A DNA stretch of 58,513 nt, filler included, from Sphacelaria rigidula (Eukaryota), in the NCBI GenBank assembly GCA_964200075.2. It is 8 parts of 8 records of this genome, joined end to end, with 100 filler letters (N's around TTAATTAATTAA, not from the genome) between each part and the next. Parts side by side here need not be neighbours in the genome. Positions count along the whole stretch, not along the records: positions 7,329 to 14,555 come from CAXNAA020015864.1; positions 14,656 to 21,882 come from CAXNAA020015865.1; positions 21,983 to 29,209 come from CAXNAA020015866.1; 5 more parts are not named here. The stretch is one strand, 5' to 3'. Below the pieces are notes generated by a model. It did no database searches and was not told where the DNA came from. It worked only from the letters and a program-made list of their open reading frames with translations. Numbering within the stretch: the first letter of the stretch is position 1; each line of letters opens with the position of its first letter. Position numbers and translations under genes: made by a program. Positions 12,078-24,202 of the stretch are shown here, in pieces.

Positions 12078-14555
12078 ACATGGCCCTGACCTTGTTGGTG
12101 GTAAGGTGTCCGTTGATCCTGCCACCTTCACTATCCGCGTAGCATTACACTGCGGCCCTTACGCCACCGCGCGTGACAAGTGCGTCTCGTTGTTAGACAG
12201 CGGAAGTCCACAGACATTCATCACAGAATCCATGTGGAATCATATGAAGCAGACTAGCGCTGCTTCCGATGTCTGCGAAATCGCCACCCAACCTCGCGTT
12301 TGGGGCGGTTTCGGTGACTCCAATTCACCCTTGACGACACGAAAATCTGTTCGTCTTAGTGTGCAATTTTCCCACCCGATACACGTTCGGCTAGTCTCGC
12401 AGTCTGGGCTTACATCGTCCCTGACAGCACAGTGCATCATGCTCTCCTCCTTAGCAGAGACAGTTACATGCGGTTCGACCAACGCACATACTGCACCCTT
12501 CCACCATTATCGCCTAAGTCGGCGCCTCGTGGAGAACTCCAACTGGAACACTTTGGTACTTTCAATGGTGCCTTAGCCTACAAAAAGAATGAGCAGGCTA
12601 CCGGAGCGGCTTACCACCTTCGGTACACTGGCAGTTCTTGTGTCACCCTTTCCGATGAGCCTCAACTCTTAGAAGTTTCGCTTGTTCGCCGCAACGTTAT
12701 GCCTGCCCTCACCGGCCACTACCTTGCGGAATTACTGCCTAAAGTCGGTGCGCCCGCTGGCACTGAGCATTTTGTCTCGGACGGCGGCCAACTCCTGCCT
12801 CTCACAGGCCATGCTAATTTGGAACCTGGCGATGTCTTGGGCATCGCCGCGGCTCCTCTTATGCACATTCCTCTGGAAACTTGTGTAGCCGATCCTCCGG
12901 CGTCTGATCTCACGCCGCCGACTGCTGGTTTTGTTCAATGCGTCGATGATCCATACTTCAATCTCTCCGCCTCATCCCCGACTCAGATTTTTGCGGTGGA
13001 ACCCGACCGACCCCCTGCTGAACCCCCTGATGAAGTGCTTCAACATTTATCAGTCGATTCTCGAGAACATTTCTTGCAAATGTGGCACCAACTTCCACCT
13101 CATTTGCGTGCTGTCCATTTTGACCTACACGGTCCGGGCTGGGAGCCCGCCATCATTCAAGAGCTACAAGATGTTCTCCTGGAATATCAGGACAGATTTT
13201 CACGATCCAAGACGGATCTCGGGCATTGTAAAACATTGCCATTCGAGATAACACTGCAAGCTGGCGTTTCGCCAATCTCATCTCGACCATATCGCACGAA
13301 TCCCCTCCTCACCAAAAAAGTCAATGCTATTTTGGATGCCTACTTAGGAGCTGGTCTGATTCAACACTCGTCCTCGCCATGGGCCTCACCCCTCGTGGTC
13401 GTCCCCAAGAAAGATGGCAACATCTGCATCACCGCGACCTACAAACGGCTGAACCGCGTCACTGTCGTGGGAAAACTTCTCATACCTCGCATCGACGAAG
13501 TCTTCGACTCTTTCGGCGAAGGAAAAGTATTCAGCACTTTCGATCTGGCATCTGGATTTTTTCAAAATGCATTTCACCCCGATACAGTTCCCTTGACAGC
13601 GTTCTGTACATCTTCAGGGCTTTTTGAATGGCTTCGTATGCCGCAAGGCGCTGCCACCGCACCTGGCTGCTTTCAACGCTTCATGCAACGCGTTACTGAC
13701 GGTCTCGAGCATGTTATCATATATCTAGACGATGCTATCGCTTTTGATGCCTCCCCCAAGGCGCATGTTTGCACTCTACGGGAATTCCTCTCCCGCTTGC
13801 GTGCACACGACTTGAAATTGTCTCCATCCAAAGCTCGACTCGGAGCCACTGAACTGGATTTCTTGGGACACTCCATCTCTCCTGCTGGATTGCACCCAGA
13901 CACGAACAAGGTCAAAGCTATGACTGATATGCCCATGCCCACCAATATTTCGCAGCTTCGCTCGCTGTTAGGTGGACATTCATACTATCGCAAATGTTAG
14001 CCCAACTTGTCCAAGCGGATCCGGCCCATCACAGATTTACTGAAGAAAAGCGTCCCGCTTGTCTTCACTAAAGACATGGGAGCCACCGTCCGCGAACTGC
14101 TCAAAACACTGACCGAAAAACCGGTTCATTGATTTCCGGATTGGGATGCGGTACAAGACGGCTCACGTACTTTCCAACTACACACCGATGCTAGCACATT
14201 TGGGTTCGGCGCCGTTTTGAATCAGCCTCAACTGGATGGCTCTGTCCGACCTATTTTGTACATCAGCCGCGCAACCCTCCCAAACGAGGCAAACTGGAGT
14301 CCACTCGAACTCGAAGGTGGAGTCATAACTTGGGCTATTAAACGCCTTCGACAGTACTTGTTCCACGTGCCTTTCCACATCTATACAGATCACGGAGCTC
14401 TTGAACAACTCGCTAAGGTTGGAGAACGTAACCCCCGCGTACAACGGTGGCTGAAGTTCTTGACTGCCTACCAGTACACTGTTAAACACCGTCCGGGCAA
14501 AACCAACGGCAATGCTGACCTTTTTTTGCGATTGCCTCTACCTCCTACAGCGGTA
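12078..14555 (+). pseudogene. pol: pol (aspartic protease, reverse transcriptase, RNase H) with a frameshift and stops
   Basis: The DSG motif and the 'LLLSRD' protease C-terminal motif are in different frames (shift near 12375). There is an in-frame TAG at 13998-14000 and a TGA near 14130. The reading frame continues into RNase H (IYTDHGAL, RVQRWLKFLTAYQYTVKHRPGKTNGNAD). Confidence 0.9.
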
Positions 14556-15129
14556 NNNNNNNNNNNNNNNNNNNNNNNNNNNNNNNNNNNNNNNNNNNNT
14601 TAATTAATTAANNNNNNNNNNNNNNNNNNNNNNNNNNNNNNNNNNNNNNNNNNNNATTTGCCCTCATCCAACGATTTTCACCGTTTTTCGCGGAGGCGTT
14701 TAAAAGACTATTAAAAAAAAAAAAATCCCCCGGCGAAACACTGGCTTGTGGACAGAACGAATACCACGGTTTGCGTCCGTTGTCCCAATCATTACTTTCT
14801 TGCCAATCTGGCGGACGACCTGTACCGACTCTTAAGACCGAACTTCGAATTTGGAGTTGTTCCCCGCTCAGCGCCGGCTGCGCTCGAAGGTGTTGGCGGT
14901 TTTAGCGCAACCAGCATGATGAGTTTACAATGGGCCCACATGACCAAACGGTGTCCCGGAGTAGTGTAACTCACTGCGGCTATGGAGTCATGCCATCTTG
15001 AAGACTTTGGTCATTCACTTATCTGAGCACAGGAAAGCGCAAGGGATGGCGAGTTATACAAGGATGAAAGGTAGGTGGTGGTCCGCGTGACCTTGAGCAC
15101 CTACTACAGATCGGCTGAAAAGCAACAGG

Positions 15130-15285
15130 CGGCCGTTCGGCTGCCCTCGAGGATCCTCAAGGGAATTTTCCAAACGCCACCCTCCCTGCCGCCCGTTTTG
15201 AAACTCCCCACTAGAGGATCTTGGGCATTCGCAATCCTCTAGAGGATTTTCAACATTGAGGTCTCTCTGGAAGGTTTGTGTCAAT
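15130..15285 (+). repeat. Dispersed repeat, second copy at about 16150-16365
   Basis: GGCCRTTCGGCTRCCCTCGA...GAAACTCC.CACTAGAGGAT...GCAATCCTCTAGAGG is shared. Confidence 0.75.
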
Positions 15286-15740
15286 ATCGAAATCCTCTCA
15301 ATTGTTTCTGATGGCACTCGTGCTGAGGAAATCCTATACTGTACGAGTATTTGTTACAGCATATTTCAAATTTGTAAGGCAGAGGCTGTTCGAAGTAAAT
15401 CCTCGTTTAGCCCAATTTTGATTTTCCAAAATGGGCAAAACTAGGATTTATTTACAACAGTCTCTACTGTACCAATCCCATATACTGGCAGATGGGACTT
15501 GAATAGTAAAGGGTGCTCGAAAGTCCTCATTTTGTCCGCCAATTTATCCTGAAATAGGGCGAAAGGAGGAGTCGCGAGCAGCCTCTGCTGTTCAAATCGC
15601 GCATACCGTACCGTAGTGAGCGTATGGAATTCGAACGGCAGTGATTGTTCAAAATTCGTCGTCTCACCCCCAATTCATATCAGTTAGGTAAGACGAGAAT
15701 ATTTGAATAGCCTCTGCTGTATACAAATCCCCTACACTGA
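15285..15740. repeat. Degenerate satellite-like array of palindromic subunits, related to 17880-18330
   Basis: Recurring AAATCCTCGT...GGGCAAAA and CTCTGCTGT..AAATCCC..ACACTG motifs in both regions. Confidence 0.6.
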
Positions 15741-16742
15741 TTTGCCAGTAAATGTCCACACGGCCATTCTATGAAGCTTCAGCTGGTGGTGCTGAATTTA
15801 CGCCGAAACGTGCGCATGTCGCCTTCGACACAAAGAATCAAGCTCCAGTGCTACACAAGTATTTGTTCCTCTCACACGACGTAACTCACGCTTAGTGTCA
15901 AGTTATGGCGTTTTGACTGACCTCGTAGTGACTAGAATCTCTCACGTGTGCTCACACGGGTACACACTCACTTGACTAGACGCTAGACATTTCTTCTCAA
16001 TCTTACAATTTTTTGTGTGAGTACTCATATGATGGGCTCGGATTCGCTATGTTTTGCAGTGCAATTGGCTCTGTCCCATGCTGTGCAGGACCTCACCGTA
16101 TGTGCGCTACATGGTGGGAAAGCTGAGCATTGTTAGAGGCGTACACACGTGGCCATTCGGCTACCCTCGAAAATCTCCTAGTGGATTTTCCACACGTCTC
16201 CCAACATGCCGTCCGTGTGGAAACTCCTCACTAGAGGATATCAGGTATTTGCAATCCTCTAGAGGTTTTTCAACATCGGCGTCTCCCTCTAGAAGGTTTT
16301 CAACATCAGGGCCTCCCTCGTGGAGGGTTTTCAACACTGGGGTCTCCCTTGAGGGTTTGTGTCGAAGGAGAGTGTGGAAACAAAAAACCGACCGGGAAAA
16401 CTCGAGGTCACGATTTAGAAGTTGGGATGTAAGGCCAGGATATGACGAATTCCCCTACTTAAATCCTGAAAACTGAACCCTGAGAAGAGACGTGCGCAGC
16501 AACTCAGGATTAATCTGAAAATTTCAAATAAATCCTGAGTTGCTAAACACCCCAAAGCGTTGGTGCCCAACTCAGGGTTAGGAAACGGAACTACACACCG
16601 TGCCCCATAACGACCAAGGTTACAGAACACAGCCGTACGACAAATATCGTGAGTGGGGCGATGGTGGTGGCCGTGAATGCCCGCGACAGCGCTGGTGATA
16701 GCAGCTCGTTTACGAGGGTGGCCCAAGACTAGGAAGAAGACA

Positions 16743-17008
16743 TGGAGGCGAACGGGGGAGCCAAGACACCAGTCGAGCTGGCTTATGATAACGCGAAAGA
16801 GCGGGAGTCGGCCTGTCAAGCAGCCGCAACGAGGACTTGACAAAGTCACCACCCAACGTGGATCTTGCGTCAGCTCGCGCAGGTACACCACCATTGGGTG
16901 GCCATTTTGTCGAAGTCCTCGTAGCGGCTGCATGAGTAGCCCACTTCCGCCCTTTCGCGTCATCTCTAGCCAGGTCAACAGGTGTCTCTGTTCCCCCGTT
17001 CGCCTCCA
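16743..17008. repeat. GC-rich imperfect inverted repeat (~120-bp arms, short loop)
   Basis: TGGAGGCGAACGGGGGA...ACGAGGACTT..CCACCCAA on + matches the same sequence read on - from 17008. Confidence 0.85.
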
Positions 17009-17879
17009 CGCAGTTAGGATCACTGCGCAGTGAACCTTTATCGAGAATGACTGTACTTCCTCAAAATATGCACACGCACACACACAGGCATGTGCACACT
17101 TGTACTACAAGCAGTTCAGGACAGGACACTTACTACATACACAGTAGTATACAGAACTGTCTACAGACAGTGCAACAGTACAACTCTCAACTCTCACAAC
17201 TTGTACTAGTGCTGTACCACACACCGACAGGTGCAAGACTTGTGAATGACTAGCGGGCGCCGAGGTGCACTGCCTGTGTGCCCAACGCTGTGGACTGTGC
17301 CGCGTTCGTACCCGGAGGCTGTGTTGACGATACTGCTGTCACGTATTCAACGGTACGGGGGCAGCACAAACAACTATAGTCAAGCTACGATAGGACGGGG
17401 GGTATTTTGGGCCGTTGCTTCCACGACATTCAACTTCAAATCATCGTTGTAATCAGCAACGATCGTCCGAACGCGCGTGTTACCGACACATAACGCTCAT
17501 TCATAGTGCTTGACGCCGTTTTACCCTAAGATATGCGCACGGCGAGTGTGTCAGGTTGTCCGAAACACCAATGGGTCTTTTTTCCTGGAAGCAAACACCC
17601 AACCTATCGTAGCACGGCTCTGTACATGCTCGTCCGCGCTGTACGGGTAGCACCGCATGGGTGAGTGCAGAGTACAAACGCAGAACAGCTCGGCGCGACT
17701 TTTACCTCTTCAACTCATTACACCGACCACGTGGCATTCGGAACAGAAAATACCAAACCCTGAAACGTCAGCCACGGTCCACACCTACCTGGTAAAAAAA
17801 TAAAACAAACCTGGGGTGTAAACAATCCATTCGTTTTTCGCTCATCTCTAGGTTGAGATTTTTCTTCCCGAATCTCTCT

Positions 17880-18330
17880 AATATCGAAATCCTCTACATT
17901 GTTTCGGACTGCACTTGTGCTGTGGAAATCCCACACTGATTACAGTATGTATCGGATTTGTACACCAGAGGCTTTTCGAGAATCTTTGTTTTGCTGGATT
18001 GAAAACAAATTTGGAAAAACAAGAATTTTCGAACAGACTCTGCTGTAAAAATCCCACACTGGTTACAGTATATGGGATTTGTACTGCTGAGGCTGTTCGA
18101 AAATCCTCGTTTTGCCAACCAGTTTATACTGAAATTGGGCAAAACGAGGATTTTCGAGAAACCTCAGCTCTACATATCCTATATACACTGTACTGTTGTC
18201 AGTTTTTGGGATTTCTATAGCAGAGATTGTTTGAAAATCCTCGTTTCGTCCGCTAATTTATTTGAAATGGGCAAAAGAGTTCTCCATCATCCTCTGCCGT
18301 AGAAATTCCATGTACTGGCTGCCTGTATAA
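17880..18330. repeat. Degenerate satellite-like array (family of 15285-15740)
   Basis: About 120-bp subunits with internal palindromes (AAATCCCACACTG...CAGTATATGGGATTT). Confidence 0.6.
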
Positions 18331-18837
18331 ATACACACCACCATATACTATGAAGCAATAGCCAGAGATCCTTGATTTCCAGCGAGGACGCTCGACTTTT
18401 ATATACTCGCCTCCGAAAACTTCGTAGTCCACATGGCACCATCTAACAAATCCTGGCTCTGATACACAACAAAGCAACTTAAAGCTAAGTCGGAACAAAA
18501 GGGTTGTGATAATGGTGGGGGATCACAGATTGCAATGCAGTATATAGAGTTAACGCGACTTTAAGTGAAGTCGGGCTAACAGGGTCTTAGAAACGGTGAG
18601 GGACCACAGCTTGCAATGATATACAGCACAGTACAATGGACATTTGAAACACGTTGTCCTCTCTGGGTTGTACGGAGTTATTTTTCAAGCGGTATCTATG
18701 AGGCTGCAGCCTGCATGGAGGGAAATCGTTACCTCTGGCGATTGCTTTGTAGTATCGCAGCGTACACATATTATTATGAAGCCCCCATGAAATGTCGCAT
18801 CGTTTCTTAGGGGAATTCAGTCATTGTTGGCGCACAA

Positions 18838-19205
18838 AGGACACAAGTGTCCTTCAGAGGCTTCATGTAGTACGTTCTCCGGAGGTGAGCTTACACATTG
18901 GAGGATATTGCACCGCTATTCCCTCTGGAGTCGCAAAAGTGCCAGAGAAGTGTTGGATAGTTCGCCTGTTGAGGACACAAGTGCCCTTCAGTGGCTTCAT
19001 GTGGTACGTACTCCGGAGATGAAGTTACACACTACTAGAGGATGTTGCACTGCTGTTCCTTCTGGAGTCAAAAGTGCCAGAGAAGTGTTGGATAGTTCGC
19101 CTGTTGAGGACACAAATGCCCTTCAGTGGCTTCATGTGGTACGTACTCCGGAGATAAATTTACACACTACTAGAGGATGTTGCACTGCTGTTCCCTCTGG
19201 AGTCG
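18838..19205 (+). repeat. About 135-bp tandem repeat, ~2.7 copies
   Basis: AAAAGTGCCAGAGAAGTGTTGGATAG occurs at 18935 and 19070, with a partial unit upstream. Confidence 0.9.
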
Positions 19206-21982
19206 GAAAAATGCCCCAGAGATCATTAGCGGTGGATCCTCGAGAGGATTTTTGTCCAGTTTTTCCCAGAGGCACCCTCAGTAAAATTACGTGCTCCAGA
19301 GCACCATTTTCTTGTTCCTCTAGAGAGATTCAGATCTCATGGGTTACTGGAGCATCAAGTGTCCTCTAGAGGATTCGTGTACTGTCCAGTAGAGGGTATT
19401 TTATCCTCAGAGGGTCATTTGCCCTCGAGAGGGCAAAAAAGGCGGTAGAGGGATTTCAGGGAGGAGCCGATTGACCGCGCGTGTATGTGCCAAGCAAAAG
19501 GAAGAAGAATAAGTTCGTGTACATTGGCCTTTCTCCTGTGTGACCCCGGCTGATGCGCCCACATATACCGGAAGGTGTAGACTGGCGTCCAGAATAGATG
19601 GGACGACATCACACACATAAGTGTCAGCCGAAGTCCTTGTTTTGTTGCCTCTAAGAATGTTCTGATAGCCCGTGGTTGGGCAAGTGCCAATGTTTTTTTT
19701 TTCTATAATCGATCCACTGAGAAACAAATATGTTCACCATAATAGTTTTCGCCCCATGTTTGTAGACGTCCTGCGGTCCCCGCGGCCTCGTCATTGGCTG
19801 CTTTGACACACGCTGTCTGTGGCTCTCAGTGGCCCGGCGGTCGATGCACCTTGGAACGTCGCACAACGATTTTGTAGTCGCCCCAAAGCCAGCGTTCAAA
19901 AACCCTTCGAATCTAAGACCCATGACGACCGAAATAGTTAAACATATCCTACAAGCAGGCGGCCATGGCTAGGCGTTTTGCGTGTATCCTAGCGCCACGG
20001 GTCGTGAGACCGTTCTCCGACACACAGCGGGCACACGTGGGAGGAGCAAATTGGCTGATCCTCACGCGGGTGACCCCTGGCATATTTGACCCGCATTTTG
20101 AAGCGTCCCTAGGATTTGGTACGTAATGAATGATTTGAGCGGCGTACATACAGCGCGAATCAGGTTGTGGTTGCACCCGCTTTCGCATCGTGGACCAGTT
20201 GCAAACCCGCCTATACTCTGGAACATCTGTTTTGCCGCCCGGTTCACGCTCTAAGCCTGTTGTTCGACGTGCCGGTAACCTGGCGACGTTCCACAAAACG
20301 GATATGGTGTACCAGCCGCTATTCGTTCAAACAAGCTGATGCAACCCGCATGTTTTGTTTCCATTTTTTCTGCTCCTTCATTTTCTTGAAGGAGTCTGTC
20401 AGTTTTGGTTTTCTTGGGTACGTCTATCACGCGACCACGGCTGGACCCATGGGTGGTCAGTTAAAGTGCGACAATCAATCAATCAATCGATCGATCCATT
20501 AGCAAGTGGGTCGGACTGCCCGAATCGCCCTTCCTGCTCTCGGTCTCTAGCAAGGATCTCCCCTCCCCCGTAGAAGTAACTGTATTTCGCAACGGCTATG
20601 CTTGTGTAATGTTTGTCGGTGAAGTGCGCGTACGCCGCGCTTACGCCAACAGGTACCCCCTGCATTCTGACAGCTGTCCGATCAGGGTAATACCTGCTGT
20701 TTTGCTGCCTGACGTAAAATTGGTCCGTGAAAATGATCGTAAAAGTTGTTGAAAGGTTTGATATCGACTTGGTTCGGGCCAAAATTCATTATTTGATTGA
20801 TTTGACTCACTGATTGATTGTCGCACGAAAGGTCAACACGGGAGTTTTTTTTTCCCTTTTTTTGTACGTCCATAGTACTCCACCTTCCTTCTGCGGTGCT
20901 TGCCTTTTTTTTTAATCGCTAGAGGGGTTCGGCAGTTCCTCTCTCTCGTCGACCATTGAGTCGAATTTTATGCCAGGTGCTATTTCACCGTTAGCATTTT
21001 GTCCACAATCAGCCACGTACACGCTGGATGCGCCAGACGCTAGTGGCTGCCTCTTAGCCGTCAATACTTTAGTCTTTCCGACGTACGGGCACAAGATATC
21101 GTCACCGTCCTGGAAATTTCGGCTCTGCATCAGCACCAATGTGACAAACCGCTGCAAATTTTTCAACCATCGCTCGTACCCAATGTAAATTAGCCCCCAG
21201 GTCGGACACATAGAAGTATGCAAGTTTGAACTTCCGCATCATTATTCTTTATGGGCACACCTACACTACCATAACCTGCTATCGTCACCGACCGATCGGC
21301 TGCCTCCATAACTACACCAGTGCCGTACTTCTGATAGCACGTGCTCTCCTCCTGACGGTGTCCTGTCTGTGGTGGCTCCACTGTACTGTCCAACCCTCGT
21401 TATCCCCAGCTACCGGTGCTGGGCCTCTCTATCTATATTAACATACAAGAAGCGTATGCCTTTCCCTCTGTTATGCTGTTCAGTGCGACGTATCTGGGCC
21501 ATGTTTCCCAGGCTATTAGCTAAATTCAAACAGTATACTTATTTTCACTGCGCCCGTTTTTTACACACATTTCTGGCACACTCGTTTTGGGTACTTGGCA
21601 GCCATATGGCCGAACTCGTTACACGTGGAAACACTGGTCACCATCAGACCCTGTACCTTATTTCCGAGCCCAGTTGCAGTGGTTGCCGAACCTCCAACTG
21701 ACCTATCCGAGTCTGTACAGTTCCCGATGCCCGCGCCCCTCCTTGGGGGCGGATTTTCAACATTAACTACGAGGGCACGCGGTTGTGATCCGCTCCCATC
21801 CCCCATTCCCCCCCCCCCGTCTTGAAAGGGATACGTGGTCAATGGTCAAACAACTAAGGCAAGCAACACATGAGTACGCCCCNNNNNNNNNNNNNNNNNN
21901 NNNNNNNNNNNNNNNNNNNNNNNNNNTTAATTAATTAANNNNNNNNNNNNNNNNNNNNNNNNNNNNNNNNNNNNNNNNNNNN

Positions 21983-22210
21983 CTTCTCCCACCAAATCTG
22001 TCCTCCTTCTTTCCAACATCACCGTCACTCTTCGTAACATTTCTCACCAGTCTCAACGTCATGAGACTACAGTACACCAAAGGACGCGGGGGCCTCCTGC
22101 CAAGTCTGTTCTCCTTCTTTCCAACATCACCGTCACTCTTGGTAGCATTCCTCATAAGTCTAAACGTCATGGCACCACAGTACACCGAAGGACGAGGGGG
22201 CCGTAGGCCC
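21983..22210 (-). repeat. 108-bp tandem repeat, at least 2 copies, truncated by the contig start; open as 36-aa repeats
   Basis: CTCCTTCTTTCCAACATCACCGTCACTCTT occurs at 22003 and 22111. Confidence 0.85.
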
Positions 22211-22384
22211 CCGCGTCCGAAGCCCTTGTACGATACTAAAGAAGAAGCTGTTACGTTGAGAGCCGCCACCGCTCGCACAACGACAGCAACAGCCCGCGGG
22301 GAATCCGAACCGAAAATAATAGAGAGAGTGGCCCGCTGTGTGCATGATCAGGGATTGGCTAAAAACGAGGAGAGGAAAGGTGTA

Positions 22385-23075
22385 GGCCGCTCCTTATAAG
22401 AGACAAAAATAAAAATCTGGAAAAGTGCATTTTTGGAGCTTTTACATCGTTTACGCCCGCAAAGGAGAGCTAGGCGCAGTTTGACACCTTGGAATGACTT
22501 GTTCTACTAGTTGAGGCGGTTCTAGGACCTCTTCCCGTTTGCTGGTGGCCGCAGTTTTCATTTTGGTCAAACGAGAATTTTTCAAGGGCAGGTCGAGTAG
22601 AGTATACTCAATTGCGAGGTATTTTGAAAGACGTATTTGAGGTATTCAAACTAGGGTAGAGTCTTAATAGTCGTACCCAAAAAATGACTGGAAAGCGATC
22701 CCTAAAACCCTACTCCCAATTTGTGTACTTCGAGTACGGCTTTCAAAATACCCCACAATTGAGTATACTCTACTCGACCTGCCCGTGGAGTTTTTGCTCA
22801 AGAACGGTAGGAAACAGCCAAGTCCAGAGAAAAGTGGCGGTTTTTACAGATTTGACTGTTTTTTATCGTTCTTGGACAAAAGTTCTTGTTTGGCCGAAAT
22901 AAAAACTGCGGCCACCGGAAAACGGGAAGAGGTCCTGGAACCGTCGCAATTAGTAGACCAAGTCATTCCAAGGTGTCAAACTCCGCCTAGCTCTCTTTAG
23001 GGGCGTAAAACGACGTAAAAGCTCCGAGAAAGCACTTTTCTAGAATTTTATTCTTGTCTGTAATAAGACGCGGCC
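22385..23075. mobile_element. Long-TIR MITE (PIF/Harbinger-like ends) carrying a nested MITE at 22586-22784
   Basis: About 200-bp inverted arms starting GGCCGC / GCGGCC, flanked by GTA and TTA. The inner element has a perfect 29-bp TIR, GGGCAGGTCGAGTAGAGTATACTCAATTG. Confidence 0.85.
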
Positions 23076-24084
23076 TTAGCACGGAAACTGATGCTGCTGC
23101 CTTATCCTACTGGCTGTTGTTGGCTCAAAATCTCACTTGATTTAATTTGAGTACGAACTGTGCATGGGCAACTACGTTCTGGACACTGCTGTGCTGGTAC
23201 CAAATGTAAAACCTACCGCGCTACGTAGTCCATTGGACCAACAAAGATATGCACGTGATCTACACATCATGAGAGTTCAACTGCGAAAGAGTTGCGGGAT
23301 TTTATCCATGCCGTGATTTAAGCAATGCGACAAAAGCCAAATAACTTCACATCCAGCATAGAGTTGCGATACATCTGTGACTAGTCACCGAGCTCCTACT
23401 GAGATAAATCATTTTAGTCTGTCCAGTAAGACGCACGCATGCCAGTACACCAAGTCCTGATAGAATGTGATACACCGTTGCCGGAAATGAAAAGGTCAAG
23501 GTAATCACGAATGACAAGCAAAAATCGCACTATTGTGGGAGGCTATGAACACTCTTGGCCTTGAAGGATGGCCCGGTAGCAAGCCTTACTCGTGTGTATA
23601 GTGACACTATATGTGAGGCAGTACAGCGTGCATTCTGTGGGATCGAGTTTCAGGTGGCAGAATAGAAAACGACTATCAACAACGTTTTCGTAAGATTGAG
23701 AGTAGAGTGCTGATTGAGAGTGGCTTTGATCATTCGCTTTAACTCGGCCAATTTTTCATTCCGTGTGTTATTCTCTTTGCCTGCATCACTGGCGTGTGCT
23801 TACAGCTACACGTCGATATCGTACCCAGGGATATCATGGGCCTCAGTGGTGAGCTATACCACAAAAAAGTATATTGGACGTGTCGGAGGGGAATTTCGGA
23901 ATAGAAAATATTCATTCACTAATTGGCTGCTTTTCACTCTCAATCGTATCCTCTGCTCTCAATCTCACGGAAACATTGTTTTTCTGGTCATTTTTCGTAC
24001 CTTCCTTGGGCGAAACACGAGAAGGTACACCTTTTCTAGGCCATTGCCCTTGGAACTATTATATACAACGTACAGTAACTGATC

Positions 24085-24202
24085 GGTTAACACTTTTGGA
24101 ACCCATTGGCGATTTTGTTCTTGTGAATCGGCATAATTTTCAGTCAAGATGATGCCGATTCACAAGAACAAAAATCGCCAATGTTCTCCCGAAGGGTTGA
24201 CC
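24085..24202. repeat. About 120-nt hairpin
   Basis: CATTGGCGATTTTGTTCTTGTGAATCGGCAT pairs with ATGCCGATTCACAAGAACAAAAATCGCCAATG, with a looser basal stem. Confidence 0.85.

Larger units (their letters stand above)
9454..14555 (+). mobile_element. Degenerate Ty3/Gypsy LTR retrotransposon, internal region, cut by the contig end before the integrase
   Basis: Domain order PR-RT-RH: protease LLDSGSPQTFI (~12190), RT motifs PWASPLVVVPKKDG, TAFCTSSGLFEWLRMPQG and YLDD, RNase H LHTDAS and ELEG. A tentative PBS (TGGCGCC) at 9454 follows ...TTTCCA. The 5' LTR boundary is unresolved. Confidence 0.92.

Noticed and set aside
12360-12385. Programmed ribosomal frameshift in pol
   Set aside because: The shift falls inside the protease domain, there is no canonical slippery heptamer, and the element has other inactivating stops.
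18824-19369. 181-aa ORF with an internal repeat
   Set aside because: Arises from the 135-bp tandem repeat; no domain or splice support.
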